Assembly: GCA_020184695.1 (NCBI GenBank)
Contig: JAANOX010000242.1
Location: 1-64,000, forward strand
Length of the DNA: 64,000 nt
Source of the DNA: Histomonas meleagridis 2922-C6/04-290x
Lineage: Eukaryota; Protista; Parabasalia
Reading direction: 5' to 3'
The translations under genes and the position numbers were made by a program. Below are positions 1 to 10,814 of the stretch, piece after piece. A model generated the notes under the pieces. It did not search any database. It saw only the letters and a program-made list of their open reading frames with translations, and was not told the DNA's origin. Position 1 is the first letter of the stretch, and each line of letters opens with the position of its first letter.

Positions 1-252
1 ATTGAACAGACATTAAGAACACTCCGTTCAGGTCAAGCCAAACTTGTTATCTTCACTATCAAACATGCTCCATCACAAAAATCCCTCATCGAATACTATG
101 CCATGCTTAGCCAATGCGATATTCTTCCTTTTGATGGCGATAATGTCGATCTTGGAACAGCTTGTGGTAAGTATTTCCGTTCATCAGTTATCACAATCAT
201 TGATGCAGGTGAATCTGAAATACTTAAAATGATCAAGGAAAAGAATGAGTAA
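1..252 (+). CDS. RPL30: 60S ribosomal protein L30 (eL30, L7Ae family), 5'-truncated by the window edge
   Basis: Frame 1, translated by hand (not in the ORF track): IEQTLRTLRSGQAKLVIF...KSLIEYYAMLSQ...NVDLGTACGKYFRSSVITIIDAGESEIL, ending at TAA 250-252. Matches the eL30 motifs EYYAML and LGTACGK. Confidence 0.93.
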   Translation: MEQTLRTLRSGQAKLVIFTIKHAPSQKSLIEYYAMLSQCDILPFDGDNVDLGTACGKYFRSSVITIIDAGESEILKMIKEKNE

Positions 253-761
253 ATGACATTAAATAAAAATGAATTTCCAAATTTTTAATTAACCTCAACA
301 CAAATAGATTCATTTTAAAGACATTTCCAATTGTAAGTCTGAACGTACTTTCATATAATCAATGAAGTTTAATTTTAAATTTCACTTAATTTTAAATTTG
401 GATAATTAATTATACAATTCATGTCAAATAAAACTGTTGCTTCATTATATAATTTCCTTTGTAATAAAATTGAAATCGGAATTTTTCCTTCATTTTTAAT
501 ATTTATATCACATTTATGTTCGATTAATAAATCAAATTTATCCCTTTGAAATGGTTATGCTGCACATAATTTAATAATTAATTGTGTATTTCCTTCGGGA
601 TCTAAAATATTAATGTTTGAACCTTTTGAAGTAAAAAATCACAAAAATTCAAATTATTGAAATTATAAAGTGCTATTGAAAAAACAGTTTCTAAAGTATT
701 TCCATCTTTACCTTGAGTAGATAATTCTCTATCAGATCCTAATAATGAGTATTACATAGAT

Positions 762-1538
762 GTGTCTTCAACAAATCCTTGCACATTTTCATTCAAAAAG
801 GGATATTTCCCACTTCAACTTACTCAAATTTCATTAGATAATGTAACAACTGATACCAATTATATAGATAATCATTCCATATATTTTAATGATGATTACA
901 CATTTAATACAACAGGAGAAAATACATATGGATTTAAGACCAAATTTATAAATGATCGACCATTTCAATTTGAAAAATATGGATATGAATTTAAATATCA
1001 CTATGCAACAACAGAAATCACAGATACTTCATATCAACCAATATATCTTTTTGTTTTTTTGATAATTCTATTCTTTCATTAGATTACTTGTAAAACTTTT
1101 TCATAGATAATTCAAGTGCTATAATTTATTATAATAGTTCATATAGAAAAGAAATTAATTTTTATATTAATTCTAAAACATTTATAAATGTATATAATCT
1201 TTCAATCATAAATGCTTGTTTATTTTTCGGTGCATCTACAAGTATAAATGTAAAAAATTTATATCTTTCAAATAACATATTTACAAATATTTTTATCAAT
1301 AGATGTATCACAAGTTGAAACTTTAATAGTTCCAACAATCAAAGATTTGAATAATCTTGTATTACCTGATGATAGTAAAAATACCATATTGGAAATAACT
1401 ATTACAAGTTTTTGTATTTATTCTGAATTAGTAGATAATAATTTGGGAAAAGATCATACAGAATCACTTCCTGTTTTTAATTGTAATAGTTTTATTAGTT
1501 TTCATTATATTCACGATAATTGCAACCAAAATATCTAA
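762..1538 (+). pseudogene. Fragmented coding-like sequence, possibly a decayed gene
   Basis: Short ORFs 762-1082 and 1347-1538 have protein-like composition but are broken by stops and frame changes. No recognisable domain. Confidence 0.2.
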
Positions 1539-1735
1539 AAATAAAACCAAAAAACTTGATGATTTGTTACAGAAAGAATTTGATTTGGAAAATATTGATG
1601 AGAATCCTTATATCAATAATTGAAGTTAAATAAAAAGACAAAAATATTTTTTAATTTCTATTTGTTAAAAAAAAAAATATGTTCATATTTTCCATTTATT
1701 TTATTTTTTAGAGAAGCCAAAATAGAATTAGAGTT

Positions 1736-2629
1736 TTAAGATAAGCAATTGAGATCTTGTGAAGCAGGAACAAACCAATAATGCTTTGGCTTCCAAACAT
1801 ATCTCTTACATAAAGTAATGGTCTTAATTGGCGCAGGAGGAAGAGGAAAACTTTCTGCTTTTCTAAGTTGCTCCGGGGTGCCCCAACTGTTTCTTACTTT
1901 GAACCATGTGTTTCTGCAAACAGTGATGTGGAACTCATTTGTGACATCATGGATATAGATGTGTTCCTTCTTCATGTTTTTGGCAAGCTCGTTTTGGAGA
2001 AAACGTAATATTTCCATGGTATCACATTTTTTGGGTTCGCCATAATAAATTCTAGGATAAGGAGTTTTAAAATCAGCAAAGGTTTTGATGCCAGTAACAT
2101 CAAAATGATCGCCACCACGCCAGTTAAATTCGGAAACTGTCTTCTTGAGAATATTTCCAACTTTCTCTATTTCTTTGTCATTACTGAGAACTAATTCCAT
2201 AAGCGTTACGTGAAGACGATATATGTTGTCATATGCAAGTTCTTCAAGTTGTGCTGTGCTATTCATCATATCAAGATATTTTTTGATTCCTTTGTTAAAA
2301 TTAGGGTCTGTAGAACAATTAACGGCAATGAAGTAGTTCCATTCAATACCTTTTCTAGACTTTTGGAGAAGTTGATCAATTTGCTTTGTTGCAGAAAATA
2401 CTTTATATTGGATTAGACATGAAAGTTTAAGATATACCTGGCTTTCGTCTTGCTCGACCGTGATTGAACAACCAGTTTTGGATTGGATATCCTTTATATT
2501 TGAATTATTTTCCCCAAGTACTTTATCAGAAAAAACACGAGGAAATTCAATAACGTTCGTAAAAACTTCGGGCTCTATTTCTTCTTCTTCGGGGAAGTCA
2601 TCGAATAAAGGATCAAGTTTTCTCGTCAT
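1736..2629 (-). CDS. KH domain plus 2H-phosphoesterase protein (ASCC1/AKAP7-like)
   Basis: N-terminal KH-like segment (VLGENNSNIKDIQSKTGCSITV) followed by two HxT motifs (LHVTL, FHITV) typical of 2H phosphoesterases. Confidence 0.75.
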   Translation of the reverse strand: MTRKLDPLFDDFPEEEEIEPEVFTNVIEFPRVFSDKVLGENNSNIKDIQSKTGCSITVEQDESQVYLKLSCLIQYKVFSATKQIDQLLQKSRKGIEWNYFIAVNCSTDPNFNKGIKKYLDMMNSTAQLEELAYDNIYRLHVTLMELVLSNDKEIEKVGNILKKTVSEFNWRGGDHFDVTGIKTFADFKTPYPRIYYGEPKKCDTMEILRFLQNELAKNMKKEHIYIHDVTNEFHITVCRNTWFKVRNSWGTPEQLRKAESFPLPPAPIKTITLCKRYVWKPKHYWFVPASQDLNCLS

Positions 2630-3047
2630 ATAATTTTTGTGAAGTCAAAAGTCGGACTCCACATTTTGAGTGCAAATCTTGACAAAATTTGTTTGAATAT
2701 AAATGTCACTTTTCACATAAATATTAAAAAAAAATGCCATAAGTCTCAAATTTTCTTCAAACTCATAAATATTAGATGAAACGGATTTTAATTTCAATCT
2801 TAATGAGTGAACTATTACCATTATGAGGTATTTTTTGATTACTAAGTCGATAATGAAATTTTTGTGAAATTGAATGATGCAAAAATTTGATTAGACCTTA
2901 TATAATCGATATATCAAATTCATAGAAAAATCTTAATTCTTTTTCTAATGAAAGAAAATAAGAAAATGATGAATTTTCTTGTTGGAATAATTTTTTTGCA
3001 ACACAAAAAATTGAAAGAAAATAAATTTGTCATTTTAAGGCACAAAA

Positions 3048-4751
3048 ATGTCCAATATCATCCACATTCAAGATATAGAGCCTGATTTTGGACTTAGCAA
3101 TCTCGAAAATGAAGTAAAAAGATTTACAGTCGCAAGTTATGAATTAGAAATTCCAAAATTAAACTTTCAAAATCAATTTTATTATTTAAATTCAGCATAT
3201 CTCACATTTCAACAAAGCTCATCTGCAACTAATTTTATCGTAGAGTCTAGAAACAATGTAAAACCTTACAAAACAATTTATGTTAATGATGATAAATCAA
3301 GTCTTAAAAAGTTAATCATTTTAGGACTCCCAAAAAATACTAACAAATGGGATTTAAAGCAATCTCTTGAACGCTTTCGTGTAAAGAATGTAAAAATCAT
3401 ATTATCAGAATCAAAAGAATACTCAGCAGCAATTTTAGAATTTGATAAAGTGAGACACCGTGACCTAGCAGCAATAAAAATTCATCCAAAGTTTGGAACC
3501 ACTATTAGATTATATCCACCACCGGAAATACCAGAAAAAACAATTTCTTTAGAATTGGAAACAAAGCACACAACAAGAACATTCGGTATTGTTGACATTA
3601 CAACCGAAATTGTCTTTATCCATAACAATCAAAGATATATTTGCAATCGAGCTAATGCAGAAATTCTATGTAAAAACCTTATAGATGATGGCTTCGGATG
3701 CCAAATACCTCCTTTTCAAGGTGATTTTAGTGAAATAGCTACATTTATTGATCAAGGTGAAATTGTTATAAATGAGGCAAATGTCATCTTTTGCTATAAA
3801 GTTGGTAAATTTTTGGATATGGAGTCTCTCCGAAACGCTTGTAACATTGAGTCTTTTATCAATATGAACAATGTAATTATTATGGCAAATCAAATGAAAG
3901 ATATCGATGATCAAGCACCAATGAACAATGTTCTCACTAACTTCATTGTAAGGTTCTTTGAACAGTTATGGAAAGATGGACGACTTGGATTACTTCCAAT
4001 TTCAATATTGATGAAAGTTGCAAGTGCAGCAGATATGAATTCAGATGAAATTTGTGCGCTCATTCCACTTATTACATCTGACGAAGATAAAACATGTTTT
4101 GTTCAACTTGCAGAACTTCAAAATCTTGACATTATCCAAGTCCGATTATTATTGAATGACAAACATGTAGATCTTAATGCCATCAAGCAAAACTTCATTC
4201 AAGCATATCGTAACCATACTCATAAGCTCCCGTACATCGTCATCAACTTCGCGGGCTCGCCATTCAAAGGCATATTCAATTATTTGACAGAGGTTTATCA
4301 GGCTAACCCCCAAACCAACGGTTATGTCTCGATTGAGGCTTCATCGAATCAAGTCGGGAATTTGGCCGATATTATTAATTATAATTCAAATACATACTTT
4401 TCTTCAAGAGATTTCCCTAACCAATGGATTAAATTCACATTTAATTTCCATCAAGTAAGTATAAGCGGATACTCATATAAAACTCATTCTATTAACGGAA
4501 ATGGTCATACAAGATCTTGGGAAGTTTCGGGATCTAACAATGGTAACGATTGGATAAAAATACATGAAATGACTAATTCAACTGCTTTGTCCGATTACGG
4601 TGCAATTTTTACAACTACATTCCCTCCAACAGAGTTCTATAAGTACATAAAAATAACACAAACAGGGTCTAACACAATGGGCTACAATAACTTTAGGATA
4701 GCTAGCTTTGAATTGTTTGGAAGAGTACTTCCAAATGAGAAAGATCTATAA
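3048..4751 (+). CDS. Multidomain protein: RRM-like, BTB/BACK-like middle, C-terminal F5/8 type C (discoidin-like) domain
   Basis: RNP-like motifs LIILGLP and AAILEF. The C-terminus WIKFTF...GYSYKT...RSWEVSGSNNGNDW...FELFG matches the F5/8-type domain common in trichomonad proteins. The middle-domain call is tentative. Confidence 0.6.
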   Translation: MSNIIHIQDIEPDFGLSNLENEVKRFTVASYELEIPKLNFQNQFYYLNSAYLTFQQSSSATNFIVESRNNVKPYKTIYVNDDKSSLKKLIILGLPKNTNKWDLKQSLERFRVKNVKIILSESKEYSAAILEFDKVRHRDLAAIKIHPKFGTTIRLYPPPEIPEKTISLELETKHTTRTFGIVDITTEIVFIHNNQRYICNRANAEILCKNLIDDGFGCQIPPFQGDFSEIATFIDQGEIVINEANVIFCYKVGKFLDMESLRNACNIESFINMNNVIIMANQMKDIDDQAPMNNVLTNFIVRFFEQLWKDGRLGLLPISILMKVASAADMNSDEICALIPLITSDEDKTCFVQLAELQNLDIIQVRLLLNDKHVDLNAIKQNFIQAYRNHTHKLPYIVINFAGSPFKGIFNYLTEVYQANPQTNGYVSIEASSNQVGNLADIINYNSNTYFSSRDFPNQWIKFTFNFHQVSISGYSYKTHSINGNGHTRSWEVSGSNNGNDWIKIHEMTNSTALSDYGAIFTTTFPPTEFYKYIKITQTGSNTMGYNNFRIASFELFGRVLPNEKDL

Positions 4752-4997
4752 AATTAAAATCTAATAAAATATCGAACTATATATAATACATATGTTTTAT
4801 AAACAAATATTTGGGTTTCATATTTCCATTATTAATTAAATTTTTGATCATCAAATTCTTTGAATAAAATTTTTTGGAACATACAAATAAGGTTGTTTAA
4901 AGGCGCTTGGTTTCTTATCAAAAATATCTTTAAAATCCGCTTTTAAACAAAAAAAAAAAAAGCCACAAAAATTCGACCACAGTTTCCACTTTTCACA

Positions 4998-6125
4998 ATG
5001 GCTGCTAAGGAGCCAGGCACCGCAAAGGTCTCCGAAAAAATTGCTCAAATTGAAGAAGAACTCTCAAGAACTCAAATTAACAAAGCAACAATGCATCATA
5101 TTTGTCTTCTCAAGGCTCGTTTGGCCAGATTAAAAAGAGAAGCAATTGAAATTGTTGCACGGAAAAGTGGAAGTTCTGGACCAGGATTTGAAGTAAGACG
5201 TAGTGGTGATGCACGAATTGGTTTATTTGGTTTTCCATCTGTTGGTAAATCAACATTATTGAACGCATTAACAGGTGCAAGTTCAAAAGTTGCTGCTTAC
5301 GAATTCACAACCCTTACTCCAGTCCCTGGAATCATTTCAATCAATGGAGCTAAAATTCAAATTTTAGATTTACCAGGAATTTTGGAAGGAGCAGCTGATG
5401 GTGTTGGTCGTGGTAAACAAGTTATTGCAGTTGCTAGAACTTGTTCACTTATTCTTATGGTTCTTGATGGCATGCAATCTCTCAATCTCCTGAAAATTCT
5501 CGAAACCGAATTAAGTGGTTATGGTATTAAACTCAACAAAACTCCTCCAAAGATCCGTATAGATGTCAGAGATCGCAATGGAATTGCTATTACTTCATCA
5601 TGCCCACAACCAGAACTTGATAATGATGTAATTCTTCAAATTCTTCGAAACCAATACCGAATCAACCACGCAGTTATACACTTTGATGAACCCGCCACCA
5701 TTGATGATTTTATTGATGTTCTTGAGGATAATCGTGTATACATTCCTGCGATCTACGTTATTAACAAATGTGATCAATTATCACCAGAACAGATCGCAGA
5801 GTTCTCAAAGATGCCTGACACAATGTGCGTTTCTGCAAAAGATAATATTAATCTCGATAATTTGGTCACACGAATTTGGGATTATTTGGACTTAATAAGA
5901 GTCTTTACGCAACCAAGAGGCGAAGAAATTGATCCAGAGCCACTTGTTTTGTCTGCAAATAGATGTACGATCCGAGATATGTGTGAGAAAATTCATACGA
6001 GTATGGTTGAGTCTTTTAAGTTTGCATGGGTAACGGGTACGTCTGTGAATCATTACCCTGCGAAGTGTGGATTAAATCATATACTTCATGATGGGGATAT
6101 TGTAACGCTTATTTGCAAGGGATAA
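4998..6125 (+). CDS. DRG: Developmentally regulated GTP-binding protein (Obg family, TGS domain)
   Basis: G1 GFPSVGKS, YEFTTL, G3 DLPG, G4 NKCD and C-terminal TGS domain (HILHDGDIV). Confidence 0.96.
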   Translation: MAAKEPGTAKVSEKIAQIEEELSRTQINKATMHHICLLKARLARLKREAIEIVARKSGSSGPGFEVRRSGDARIGLFGFPSVGKSTLLNALTGASSKVAAYEFTTLTPVPGIISINGAKIQILDLPGILEGAADGVGRGKQVIAVARTCSLILMVLDGMQSLNLLKILETELSGYGIKLNKTPPKIRIDVRDRNGIAITSSCPQPELDNDVILQILRNQYRINHAVIHFDEPATIDDFIDVLEDNRVYIPAIYVINKCDQLSPEQIAEFSKMPDTMCVSAKDNINLDNLVTRIWDYLDLIRVFTQPRGEEIDPEPLVLSANRCTIRDMCEKIHTSMVESFKFAWVTGTSVNHYPAKCGLNHILHDGDIVTLICKG

Positions 6126-6378
6126 AAGTATTAACAGAACAAAATATGTAAAAGAAAAATTTATTTCCATGTTTTTTTTTTGTTCATATGTCGCTTTTAA
6201 GATCGTTTGAAAATTTAATTAATTAAATTTCAGAAATTCACAATATGTTGTCTATGAAATAGAAATCAAAGTAATGTTGATAATAAAGAAATAGCTTAAT
6301 TAAACAGAAATTATATTTTTGAAATTAGAATTTTCATCAAACAATATGAATTTCACATAACATTTCATAAAATTACAA

Positions 6379-6996
6379 ATGTCTGGTTTGAAAGAGTTTA
6401 CTCAAGAACAATTAGCTCAATTTGTTGATTATCTTGTCTTCGAGCAGCAAAAGAGACGAGAAACAAAAACAGAAATCTCAGGCGAACTTTCTGACTTACT
6501 TGATTCATCCATAGAATCAGAGACAATTTATAGTGGAAAAGATATACTTGAAACATTATCAAATTTACCTGAGCTTTTGAATAAGACAGTAGATAGTGAG
6601 CTTGAGAGGCATCGCGATATTACTGCTGTTTTATTAAAAAACATTCTTGTTCAGGCACAACAATCTGGATTGTTAATCCAAATGAATGTGCCAGAAATCG
6701 ACAGTGAAGAAGTTACAGATGATGCCAATGCTTTTTGTGGAACTGTTTTATCAAATAGAGAAACTATTGAATCTAAAGCAATCAAGAAGAATACTGCGAA
6801 CAAAGAAGAAGCATCTCCTGGTATACCAGAGCCAAAAAGCTCAAAAGATGTTGAATATATCCGTGCTGAAAATGAGAGATTAAAACAGCAATTAACATTA
6901 CCGATTCGAGAATACCCAGAAATGAAAGCAGCGATGGAAAAGCTAAAGGAGTTAAACAAAGAGGTTCACGAGCTAAGAAGCAAACTTAATGAATAA
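6379..6996 (+). CDS. LZTFL1: LZTFL1/BBS17-like BBSome regulator
   Basis: QFVDYLVFEQQKR, VDSELERHRDITAVLLKNILVQAQ and the C-terminal coiled coil YPEMK...NKEVHELRSKL parallel the LZTFL1 N-terminal domain and tail (comparison from memory). Confidence 0.75.
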   Translation: MSGLKEFTQEQLAQFVDYLVFEQQKRRETKTEISGELSDLLDSSIESETIYSGKDILETLSNLPELLNKTVDSELERHRDITAVLLKNILVQAQQSGLLIQMNVPEIDSEEVTDDANAFCGTVLSNRETIESKAIKKNTANKEEASPGIPEPKSSKDVEYIRAENERLKQQLTLPIREYPEMKAAMEKLKELNKEVHELRSKLNE

Positions 6997-7302
6997 ATGT
7001 TATTAATTATTAGACTTCCTTTTTGAACTTTCTAATTCGCAATGAGTCAATAAGTGCCTTACCGGAATGATTGTGACACAGTATAAAACATCAATATTAA
7101 TATTTAATAATAATTTTGCAAAATTAAAAATAATTTCCCTATATAACTTATTATAACACTTAAGCATATAATTTACTTGTGATTATTTAAATAATTATGG
7201 GCAGCAATTGTGTTGTCATATTGAAATACTAATTTACTTCTCAAACAAAAAAAATTGATATTAAGGTGAAATTTAATGAATATTTATAAATATTTAATAT
7301 AT

Positions 7303-7689
7303 TTACTCAGCGTTGAACTTAGCTACTGCTTTACCACCTTCTGAAACTGCATGTTTGGCAAGATCTCCTGGAAGAACGAGACGAACAGCTGTTTGAATTT
7401 CACGAGAGCCGAGTGTGTTACGGTCATTCATATCAACGAGTCTAGCACCTTCTCTTGCAATACGTTCAAAAATATCTGTAACAAAGTTGTTCATAACTAA
7501 CATTGCCTTGTTTGAAATACCAATATCTGGATGAACTTGTTTGAGAACTTTGAAAATGTAAGATGAGAAAGATTCATTCCTCTTCTTATGGCGTTGCTTC
7601 TTTTCCTTTTCAGTTTCAGCTGTAGCTTCTCCTTCAACAGCTGGCTTCTTTTCTGTTGGGGTCTTTGAGGCTGGTTTCTTTGTTGACAT
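7303..7689 (-). CDS. H2B: Histone H2B (true start ATG 7689, 128 aa)
   Basis: [21 protein letters not shown]...[23 protein letters not shown]. The ORF-track extension to 7869 is upstream intergenic sequence. Confidence 0.97.
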   Translation of the reverse strand: MSTKKPASKTPTEKKPAVEGEATAETEKEKKQRHKKRNESFSSYIFKVLKQVHPDIGISNKAMLVMNNFVTDIFERIAREGARLVDMNDRNTLGSREIQTAVRLVLPGDLAKHAVSEGGKAVAKFNAE

Positions 7690-7993
7690 TCTTCTAAAAT
7701 GAAAGTGTAAAAAATCCCTCCAAAAAGGTTCAAGAAACGAAGATGTCGTTTTACATCTCAAATATTTAAATATAAAAAATTGAAGGATACAATTTGTCGA
7801 TTTGCACCCCAATAATTTTAAATTGTTTTTTTTGAATAACTCTCTCACAATATTTTTGCCGTTTTGCATCCATTGATTTCTAATGAATACTTTTGAAATA
7901 ATCCCGCCTTGATTAAATGTCGTTTTGTTCCATGAATATTTGTGATAAATAAAAGCGCCTATTTTCAGATGAAACCAAAAATCATTTTTTTAT
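7690..7993. promoter_or_regulatory. Bidirectional H2B/H2A promoter region
   Basis: 304-bp head-to-head spacer between the histone genes, with an initiator-like TCATTT at 7982-7987 just before the H2A ATG. Confidence 0.65.
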
Positions 7994-8395
7994 ATGCCAG
8001 CTAAGAAAGGTGTTAAGAAAACAGCTACAAAGACAGCAGTTGATGGAGTACGTGCTCATCCAAAAACAAGATCAAGTCGTGCAGGACTTCAATTCCCAGT
8101 TGGACGTCTTCATCGTTTCCTTCGTGAAGGTCGTTACGGAGATCGTGTTGGAGCAGGCGCCCCAGTTTTCATGGCAGCAGTTCTTGAATATCTTACAGTT
8201 GAAGTTCTTGAACTTGCAGGGAATGCAGCTCGTGATAACAAGAAAACAAGAATTTCACCACGTCATATCATGCTTGCAATCCGTAATGATGAAGAATTGA
8301 ACCAACTTCTTTCTAATATTACAATTGCATCTGCAGGTGTTGTTCCACATATTCATAAAGTTCTTCTTGGTCAAACAAAGAAGAAGGAAGAATAA
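7994..8395 (+). CDS. H2A: Histone H2A
   Basis: [12 protein letters not shown]...[30 protein letters not shown]...RNDEELN. No C-terminal SQ motif, so not H2A.X-like. Confidence 0.98.
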   Translation: MPAKKGVKKTATKTAVDGVRAHPKTRSSRAGLQFPVGRLHRFLREGRYGDRVGAGAPVFMAAVLEYLTVEVLELAGNAARDNKKTRISPRHIMLAIRNDEELNQLLSNITIASAGVVPHIHKVLLGQTKKKEE

Positions 8396-8733
8396 GCAAT
8401 ACACAATTGTGTAAAATTATCCCGTAAGTCTTGATTAAAATACAGCATGTTTTAGTAAAACATTTTATTAATAAATTTACTTTAAATAACTTTCGATTTT
8501 TTTTTATGAAATTTCTTTATATATAACTATAGATTGAGATATTCGTATTCATTTGATAATTTAGAAAGAAATTTCTTCAAATAACACAAAAAAATTATAA
8601 ACTTTGCGTGCTTACAAAGAGTTGATTCCAAAACTTGATCATTTTATTAGCGTTATTATTTGGTTTTCCATTTAGAAGCATACGAAAAATTGTGTTTTTG
8701 TTTCCAAGCAAAATTTTATCGTTCAACCTTTGC

Positions 8734-10053
8734 ATGGAGCTGTTTTTGCATGCAGCTGAAAATCTAATTATTCAACTTGAAACAGAAATGAATATTATCA
8801 AAGGCCAGCTGCCAATAATCGAAGTGACACCAGGATTATCAGAATTAGATGTTAATTCTTACCTATTAGAATATAATATTGATTATGTTAAACATAAATA
8901 TCTTTCTATATATTATGCGAACCTAATGAAAACGTACTCAAAAAATATGTCATTGAAGAAAGCAATTTTGAATCACATATCTTCACTTGAAGCAACATCT
9001 ATAAATTCTTTTCTTTTCGAAATTGCAGGTCATCAGAATGCACTTTCTGAACTCACAAACTCGTCTTTATATAATAATGAAGGTTCAGCAGAAAAAATTT
9101 TGAAATCAATCCACAATTTTTTTCCTTTTGAGATAGTATTGCCTATGCTTTTAGATTATAATTTTTGTTCACAGTTTATGGGAATAATATCAGATTACAA
9201 GCCACAAGATCACAAATTAATTACCAAAAAAATATTTTCACTTTTTGGCAAATTCCAATCGGAAAAGTACACATTTATTATTATATCAGAGATAATTCTA
9301 TCTTATTTCCATTTTTCCAAAATCAATAATTTTGATGACTTTCTTTTTCACGAACGATGTCGTATCATCATGTCCAGAGACTTTCAATCTCTTTCCATTT
9401 CTCCTAACACTATTTCATTGTTTCCATCACCACAAAATTCAAATAATTGTTTACCACTTCGACCGTTTACTCCACAAAATGTAAAAAAATTGGAATTTTT
9501 CGATAACACCAAATTTGGAAATGAAATCAGTGGTCTTGATCATATTGTTATGGAATTTCGTAAAGTCGCGTGCCATTCATCTCTATCACTTAAGATGATG
9601 TTTATTATTCGTGTATCAGATCTTTTAAATTCCATCATTTCCAATATCAACGGATTCATGGGAGGTGCTGATGAAACATTTCATCTCTTTGTATATATCA
9701 TTTGTGACTCACGTATAACAAATTTTGTTTCAACTCTTTTTTTGTTTAAATATTTTGAGTTTACCTTTTTAAAGACATCAAAAGTTTGGTATTTATTTGA
9801 GCAAATGAAAATAGCTAAAGACTTTATTGAAACGCGTGCATTAAGTACTCCTAAAAATGTGATACTTCCATATTTAATTGAGAGAGAACATGAGCAAAAG
9901 GAATTGCATAAGTTTGTTGTTAAAGAAAATAAGTTTTTGTTTTATACGGGAAATGATAATGATATAACAAATGTTTATGTGTATGATTTCGATGAGGAAA
10001 TTGCAGGAAAAGAATATTACCAAATTTATGACGGGTGTATAATAAATGTTTAG
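8734..10053 (+). CDS. VPS9-domain protein (Rab5-family GEF-like)
   Basis: FMGGADETFHLFVYII and downstream YLFEQM match VPS9 core motifs. ATG 8734 is preferred over TTG 8635. Confidence 0.7.
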   Translation: MELFLHAAENLIIQLETEMNIIKGQLPIIEVTPGLSELDVNSYLLEYNIDYVKHKYLSIYYANLMKTYSKNMSLKKAILNHISSLEATSINSFLFEIAGHQNALSELTNSSLYNNEGSAEKILKSIHNFFPFEIVLPMLLDYNFCSQFMGIISDYKPQDHKLITKKIFSLFGKFQSEKYTFIIISEIILSYFHFSKINNFDDFLFHERCRIIMSRDFQSLSISPNTISLFPSPQNSNNCLPLRPFTPQNVKKLEFFDNTKFGNEISGLDHIVMEFRKVACHSSLSLKMMFIIRVSDLLNSIISNINGFMGGADETFHLFVYIICDSRITNFVSTLFLFKYFEFTFLKTSKVWYLFEQMKIAKDFIETRALSTPKNVILPYLIEREHEQKELHKFVVKENKFLFYTGNDNDITNVYVYDFDEEIAGKEYYQIYDGCIINV

Positions 10054-10814
10054 ATAGCTGAAATTAATAAATTTTAATAAAAGAAAATAAAAATGATTAA
10101 TAAATTTTCTCAAAATAGAAACGAAATTCTTCAAATAAGATTTAAAACAAATTAAAATGTTCAAACATGAATTAAATCATATCAAATGAAAATTCATTGG
10201 ATATCTGAAGAAGAAAAACTTCATCAATGATTTAATGTTGAGTTTTGAGCCTTATATTTCTAAAAGTTAATGTTAAATAATGTGTTTAATGCATGCGCGT
10301 GAATTTAGTAACTATCAGCCATGTTCCAGAAGTTGATGAAAACAAAGAAAGCTAAAATGTATAACTGATATAAAGAAATGTTATACAACACGTCGAAAGC
10401 ACATGTAATGAAGGAAGGAATCGATATTGAGCTAAAATTGGTAAAGCAAATTTGAAATATATATTAAAGTAACTATCGAATTAAGGGATATAAACTGGAT
10501 ATAGAAGCATCTCGAAAATGTTGAAACAAATATCAATATAACTCTATATAATTTTTTTACTCTGGTTAGTATTTAATTGATTTCATCTTTTTGAATCTCA
10601 TTATGAAATTATGTTTTATAGTTGTTTTTTCTTCTCTTAAAGGATATCAATGTCTGCATTACGTCGTATTACATACGTAAAACGTTAAAAATTCCGCATA
10701 TCACAAACCAACAATTGTTTTACTTCTAAATTTTGCCAGAAATTTCAAAACGACGATAGTTTTTTCTGGTCGTTTCATTTATCTATCGTTTATCGCTTCA
10801 CATTTATTTCCAAA

